A DNA stretch of 64,000 nucleotides from an uncultured delta proteobacterium. GTDB taxonomy: Bacteria; Desulfobacterota; Desulfuromonadia; Desulfuromonadales; BM103. The notes beneath the pieces are model-generated. The model ran no database searches. It was not told the origin of the DNA and was given only the letters and a program-made list of their open reading frames with translations. Where the stretch lies: assembly GCA_963715335.1 (NCBI GenBank), contig CAVQRZ010000034.1:1-64000 (forward strand), in the 5' to 3' direction. Both the position numbers and the translations under genes were made by a program. Of the stretch, positions 59,874 to 64,000 are shown piece after piece (the stretch's first letter is position 1; every line of letters starts with the position of its first letter).

Positions 59874-61133
59874 ATGCAATTCACAGAGTTCAATTTCCAT
59901 CCCAAGGTTGCCGCCGGAGTTACGGCTGCCGGTTATGTTTCACCGACTCCGATCCAGGCTCGCGCCATTCCGCCGGTTCTCGCCGGCCGTGATGTCATGG
60001 GCCTGGCCCAGACCGGCACCGGCAAGACGGCGGCTTTTGCGCTACCGATCCTGCATCGCCTGATGAACGGCAGCCGCGGTCATGTGCGCGCCCTGGTTGT
60101 CGCGCCAACCCGCGAGCTGGCAGAACAGATCCACACCGCAATCAGTGAGCTGGGTCGCGAGACCGGCCTGCGCAGCATTACGGTTTACGGCGGCGTGGGA
60201 ATCAATCCGCAGATCGCCCGCCTGAAAAAGGGTGTCGAAATCGTCATCGCCTGTCCCGGCCGACTGCTTGACCACCTCAACCAGAAGACTATCGATCTGA
60301 GTCGTCTCGAAGTGCTGGTCCTCGACGAGGCCGACCAGATGTTCGACATGGGATTCCTGCCGGACATCCGCAGGCTGCTCAAGCAGCTGCCCGCACAACG
60401 CCAGACCCTGTTGTTCTCGGCGACCATGCCGCAGGAAATTCGCAACCTGTCCAAAGAGGTGCTACGCAACCCGGAGACCGTCCAGGTTGATCTTGTTGCC
60501 CCCGCGACAACCGTCAGCCACGCGCTGTACCCGGTCGAGGAAGCCCGCAAAACGGACCTGTTGTTCTCTCTTCTGAAAGACACCGGGACCGGCTCGGTGC
60601 TGGTTTTCACCCGCACCAAGCATCGCGCCAAACGCCTCGGCGAAAAACTCGCCAAGACGGGCTACCGCGCGGCTTCGCTGCAGGGCAACCTGTCGCAGAA
60701 CCGCCGGCAGGCCGCCCTCGATGGCTTTCGTGACGGCAGCCACCAGATCCTGGTAGCGACCGACATCGCCGCCCGCGGCATCGACGTCAGCCAGGTTTCG
60801 CATGTCATCAACTACGATATGCCGAACACCACCGACGCCTATATCCATCGCATCGGCCGGACCGGGCGCGCAGCCCGTAGCGGTGACGCCTTTACGCTGG
60901 TGACCGCTGACGATCGGGCGATGGAGAGGGCTATCGAAAAAGCGCTCGGTCGTCCGATTGAACGCCGCACCATCGAAGGCTTCGCGATCAGCACGGATAG
61001 CTCTGCCGCCAGTGCACAGCCATACCGGGCGAAACAGCCCGGGGGGAATGCGAACCCGGGTCGGACCAAGCACAACCGTGGCCGTCGCTTCTCCGGGCGT
61101 CCGGCAACCCCGACCGCTGCCGCGAGCAGGTAA
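59874..61133 (+). CDS. DEAD-box RNA helicase (RhlE-like)
   Basis: [35 protein letters not shown]. Confidence 0.96.
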   Translation: MQFTEFNFHPKVAAGVTAAGYVSPTPIQARAIPPVLAGRDVMGLAQTGTGKTAAFALPILHRLMNGSRGHVRALVVAPTRELAEQIHTAISELGRETGLRSITVYGGVGINPQIARLKKGVEIVIACPGRLLDHLNQKTIDLSRLEVLVLDEADQMFDMGFLPDIRRLLKQLPAQRQTLLFSATMPQEIRNLSKEVLRNPETVQVDLVAPATTVSHALYPVEEARKTDLLFSLLKDTGTGSVLVFTRTKHRAKRLGEKLAKTGYRAASLQGNLSQNRRQAALDGFRDGSHQILVATDIAARGIDVSQVSHVINYDMPNTTDAYIHRIGRTGRAARSGDAFTLVTADDRAMERAIEKALGRPIERRTIEGFAISTDSSAASAQPYRAKQPGGNANPGRTKHNRGRRFSGRPATPTAAASR

Positions 61134-61169
61134 TGCTTCCGGCCCGCGCGGCCAGACCATCTGCAAGGT

Positions 61170-61210
61170 AAAAAACACCCTGGACGGCGTATGCCATCCA
61201 GGGTGTTTTT
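61170..61210. terminator. Bidirectional terminator between the helicase and ygiQ
   Basis: AAAAACACCCTGGA...TCCAGGGTGTTTTT. Confidence 0.85.
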
Positions 61211-61235
61211 GTATGCGGGGTCCTAACCAGGAGGC

Positions 61236-63087
61236 TTATGTGCCACGTCGTTTTCGTTTCACCGCTCCCTTGCGTGAAACCTTCCTCGGCCCGCGTGGGT
61301 GTTTTGGTCAAAGCTTTGCTCGCGCCAAGCAGTCGCGCGCGGTCCGCTTCGCGGCCGGTCCGTCGCAAAGCTTCAAGGACCGCCGGGCGCTGTTCGGGGA
61401 GGTGATAGAGGAGCAGCGCCTTTTGCAGGCCCTTTTCCACCGGGTCACGCGGCACGTGAACGGCTTTACCCGTATCGGGGTCGCGTCCGGTGTGATAGAT
61501 GCAGGTGGCAAGGCTGCCGGGCGTCGGCGTGAATTCCTGGACCTGCTCGATGCGCAGGTTGTTTTCCTTGAGGAAGAGCGCAACGTCGATCATGTCGTCC
61601 AGGGTGCAGCCGGGGTGGGCGCTGATGAAGTACGGGACAACCGCCTGCTGCTTGCCGTGCGCACCGCTCTGCTGGCGAAAGCGCTGCAGAAACTTTTTGA
61701 AAACTTCCGGGCCAGGCTTGCGCATGACCCTGGTCACGCTGGCGCTGGTTGATTCGGGGGCCACTTTCAGCAGGCCGCCGACATGATGCTCGAGCAGGTC
61801 GGCAAAATAATCCGGCTGCCTGTCGAGCAGGTCAAAGCGGATCCCCGAGGCGACGAACAGATGCTTGACGGCCGGTTTCTCGCGAAGCTTGCGCAACAGC
61901 GTTACGGCCCGGTTGTCGCGGGTATCAAAATGTTTGCAGATCTGCGGGTAAAGGCAGCTCTCCCGGCGACAGGCTGCACGCGCCTCCGGGTTGCTGCAGC
62001 CCAGAGCATACATGTTTGCGGTCGGACCGCCGACGTCAGTGATCGTGCCGCGGAATTCCGGGTGGTGGCTCAGCCGGTCAACTTCATCCTCAATCGATTT
62101 GACCGAACGTGACTGGATGGCTTTGCCCTGGTGATGGGTGATGGCGCAGAAGGCGCATCCGCCGCCGCAGCCCCGGTGGCTGGTGATGGAGAAGCGGATC
62201 TGTGCATAGGCCGGGATTGTTTCCGTGTACATCGGATGGGGCTGTTTGACAAACGGCAGGGCGTAGATCCGGTCCAGTTCTGCCTCTGCGAGGGGCATGG
62301 CCGGAGGGTTGATCACGACCAGGCGCCCGGCATGAGGCTGCACGAGAATTTTGCCGCTGTACGGGTTGGCCTGCTCGGCGGCCAGCTTGAAAGCCCTGCT
62401 GTAAGCTTCGGTGCTGTCGGCGACACTTTCGTAAGCGGGCAGTTCAACGGCTTCTTCGGGGCGCTCCCTGGCGAGGTATGCCGTGCCGCGGAGATCGGAA
62501 ATCTCTGCGATGGTTTCGCCGGCCTGCATTCGTCTGGCCAGGCTGACTATGGCAGATTCCGCCATGCCGAAGAGCAGCAGGTCCGCTTTACTGTCCACCA
62601 GGATCGAGCGCCTGACCTTGTTGTCCCAGTAATCGTAATGGGCCAACCGCCGCAGGCTCGCTTCAATGCCGCCGATAACGGTCGGCAGCCCTTTGAAGGC
62701 GCCCTTGACCGCCGCCGTGTAGGCGATGACCGCACGATTCGGCCGGGCCCCGGCGCGGCCGCCCGGCGTGTAGGCATCATCGTTACGGACTTTTTTCGCC
62801 GCGGTGTAATGGTTGACCATCGAGTCCATGGCCCCGGCGGAGATCGCGGCAAACAGCCTTGGTCGGCCCATGATTTTGCAGCTCTCGGGATTTTGCCAGG
62901 CGGGCTGGGCGATGATGCCGACCCTGAAGCCTGCCGATTCGAGCAGGCGGGCCAGCAGGGGGGTGCCGAAAGACGGGTGGTCGACGTAGGCATCTCCGGT
63001 TATGAAGAGCACATCGAGCTCGTCCCAGCCGCGCCGGGCCATCTCCTCGCGGCTGCAGGGGATGAACATGTCTTTCGTCTCAGTCAA
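61236..63087 (-). CDS. ygiQ: YgiQ-family radical SAM protein; probable +1 frameshift near the 3' end
   Basis: [47 protein letters not shown]; shifted frame ends [22 protein letters not shown] just before the terminator. Confidence 0.9.
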
Positions 63088-63099
63088 GGTCTGCTCTAC

Positions 63100-63711
63100 T
63101 TACCGTTGCGCCTCTCCTATCACCTCATAAACAGCCTCGGCCATCAGGCGATAACCGGTCGCGTTGGGGTGAATGGGGTCGCTTTTCATGTCGCTGTCGC
63201 CGAGCAGTTCGAGAAGAATGCTGCTCTCGTACGGCACCTGGTTCTGTTCTGCAATGGCCGCGTAGAATTCCGGCACGTCTAGACCAAAGCCGAGTTTCGG
63301 TACGCCGATCAGGATGATGTCCGCACCCCGTTCGCGGATCAGGCCGATCATGCTGCCGAGGTTGCGCTTCGTCTCCTCCTGGTTATGGCGGCGCAGGAAA
63401 TCATTGCCGCCATGGCAGAGGATGACCAGTGTCGGGTTGTACTCGTCCAGCACCGCGGGCAAGCGTTTGAGACCTTCGGCGGTCACCTCGCCGGGGATCC
63501 CAAGGTTGACGATGCGTTGCCCAAGCATCCGGCCCAGGACCGCCGGGTAGGATTGCTCTGCCGCAGCTCCGGTGCCGTGGGTCAGACTGTCGCCGAAGGC
63601 AAGGATGACAGAATTCCGGTCGATCGGTGTGATCCCCGGTCCGGCATCACAGCCGGTAAGCAGCAAGCCGGGAAAAAAGATCAATGAGATGATGAAAATG
63701 TTTCGAAGCAT
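63100..63711 (-). CDS. GDSL/SGNH arylesterase-like lipoprotein
   Basis: LTGC lipobox, FGDSLT, GGND, DPIHPN. Confidence 0.93.
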   Translation of the reverse strand: MLRNIFIISLIFFPGLLLTGCDAGPGITPIDRNSVILAFGDSLTHGTGAAAEQSYPAVLGRMLGQRIVNLGIPGEVTAEGLKRLPAVLDEYNPTLVILCHGGNDFLRRHNQEETKRNLGSMIGLIRERGADIILIGVPKLGFGLDVPEFYAAIAEQNQVPYESSILLELLGDSDMKSDPIHPNATGYRLMAEAVYEVIGEAQR

Positions 63712-63790
63712 ATGCCTCTCGTGTCAAGATGATGAAGTCGGCAACTCACTACATAATGGCATATTTACCCGGTTAAAGGAATGCTCGCAT

Positions 63791-64000
63791 TTGGAGTCGT
63801 GGCTGCTTGAAAATGGTTATCCGGCGCTGTTCCTGCTCAGTTTCCTGGCATCAACCCTGGTGCCGCTCGGCAGTGAATGGCTGTTGGCCGTTCTGCTGAT
63901 CAACCATTTCGACCCGACAATCGTCGTTTTAGTGGCCACGGTCGGCAATACCTTGGGCGCTCTGGCCACCTATGCCATCGGCTTGTGGGGCGGTCCTTAC
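63791..64000 (+). CDS. YqaA/DedA-family membrane protein, partial
   Basis: Manual translation: MESWLLENGYPALFLLSFLASTLVPLGSEW...ATVGNTLGA. Confidence 0.85.
   Translation, partial: MESWLLENGYPALFLLSFLASTLVPLGSEWLLAVLLINHFDPTIVVLVATVGNTLGALATYAIGLWGGPY

Noticed and set aside
60988..61235. C-terminal extension of ygiQ overlapping the helicase
   Set aside because: Crosses a bidirectional terminator; a one-base correction gives a normal basic tail ending at 61236.

Overview
GC-rich bacterial chromosomal window made mostly of housekeeping genes. Gene content and order suggest an anaerobic Desulfobacterota, probably Desulfuromonadales (inference, not verified). It includes cpoB-LysM-dprA-smg-topA-trmFO, maf-yggS-gph, acnA, tag, rrf2-cysK-larE, rsmE, lysA, a TRAP transporter, hisI-hisG, csp, pabBC, a DEAD-box helicase and ygiQ. 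No rRNA, tRNA, CRISPR array, prophage or transposase was recognised. Two things stand out. (1) Five copies of a ~550-800 bp non-coding, hairpin-rich intergenic element at 11835-12630, 29292-29862, 38461-39025, 49268-49864 and 51080-51729. The copies show compensatory base changes in their stems and a leader that always lies on the left. The interior is inverted in one copy and rearranged in another, and the copies sit next to terminator-like hairpins. (2) A translationally coupled three-gene operon (30727-34507): a DUF885 metallopeptidase-like protein, an ATP-grasp-like ligase with an apparently unusual circular permutation, and a SAM methyltransferase. This is a candidate peptide or small-molecule ligation/modification system. 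Four genes (rsmE, lysA, dctP, ygiQ) each carry a single extra base, most likely sequencing error. All calls come from motif reading by eye; no searches were run.
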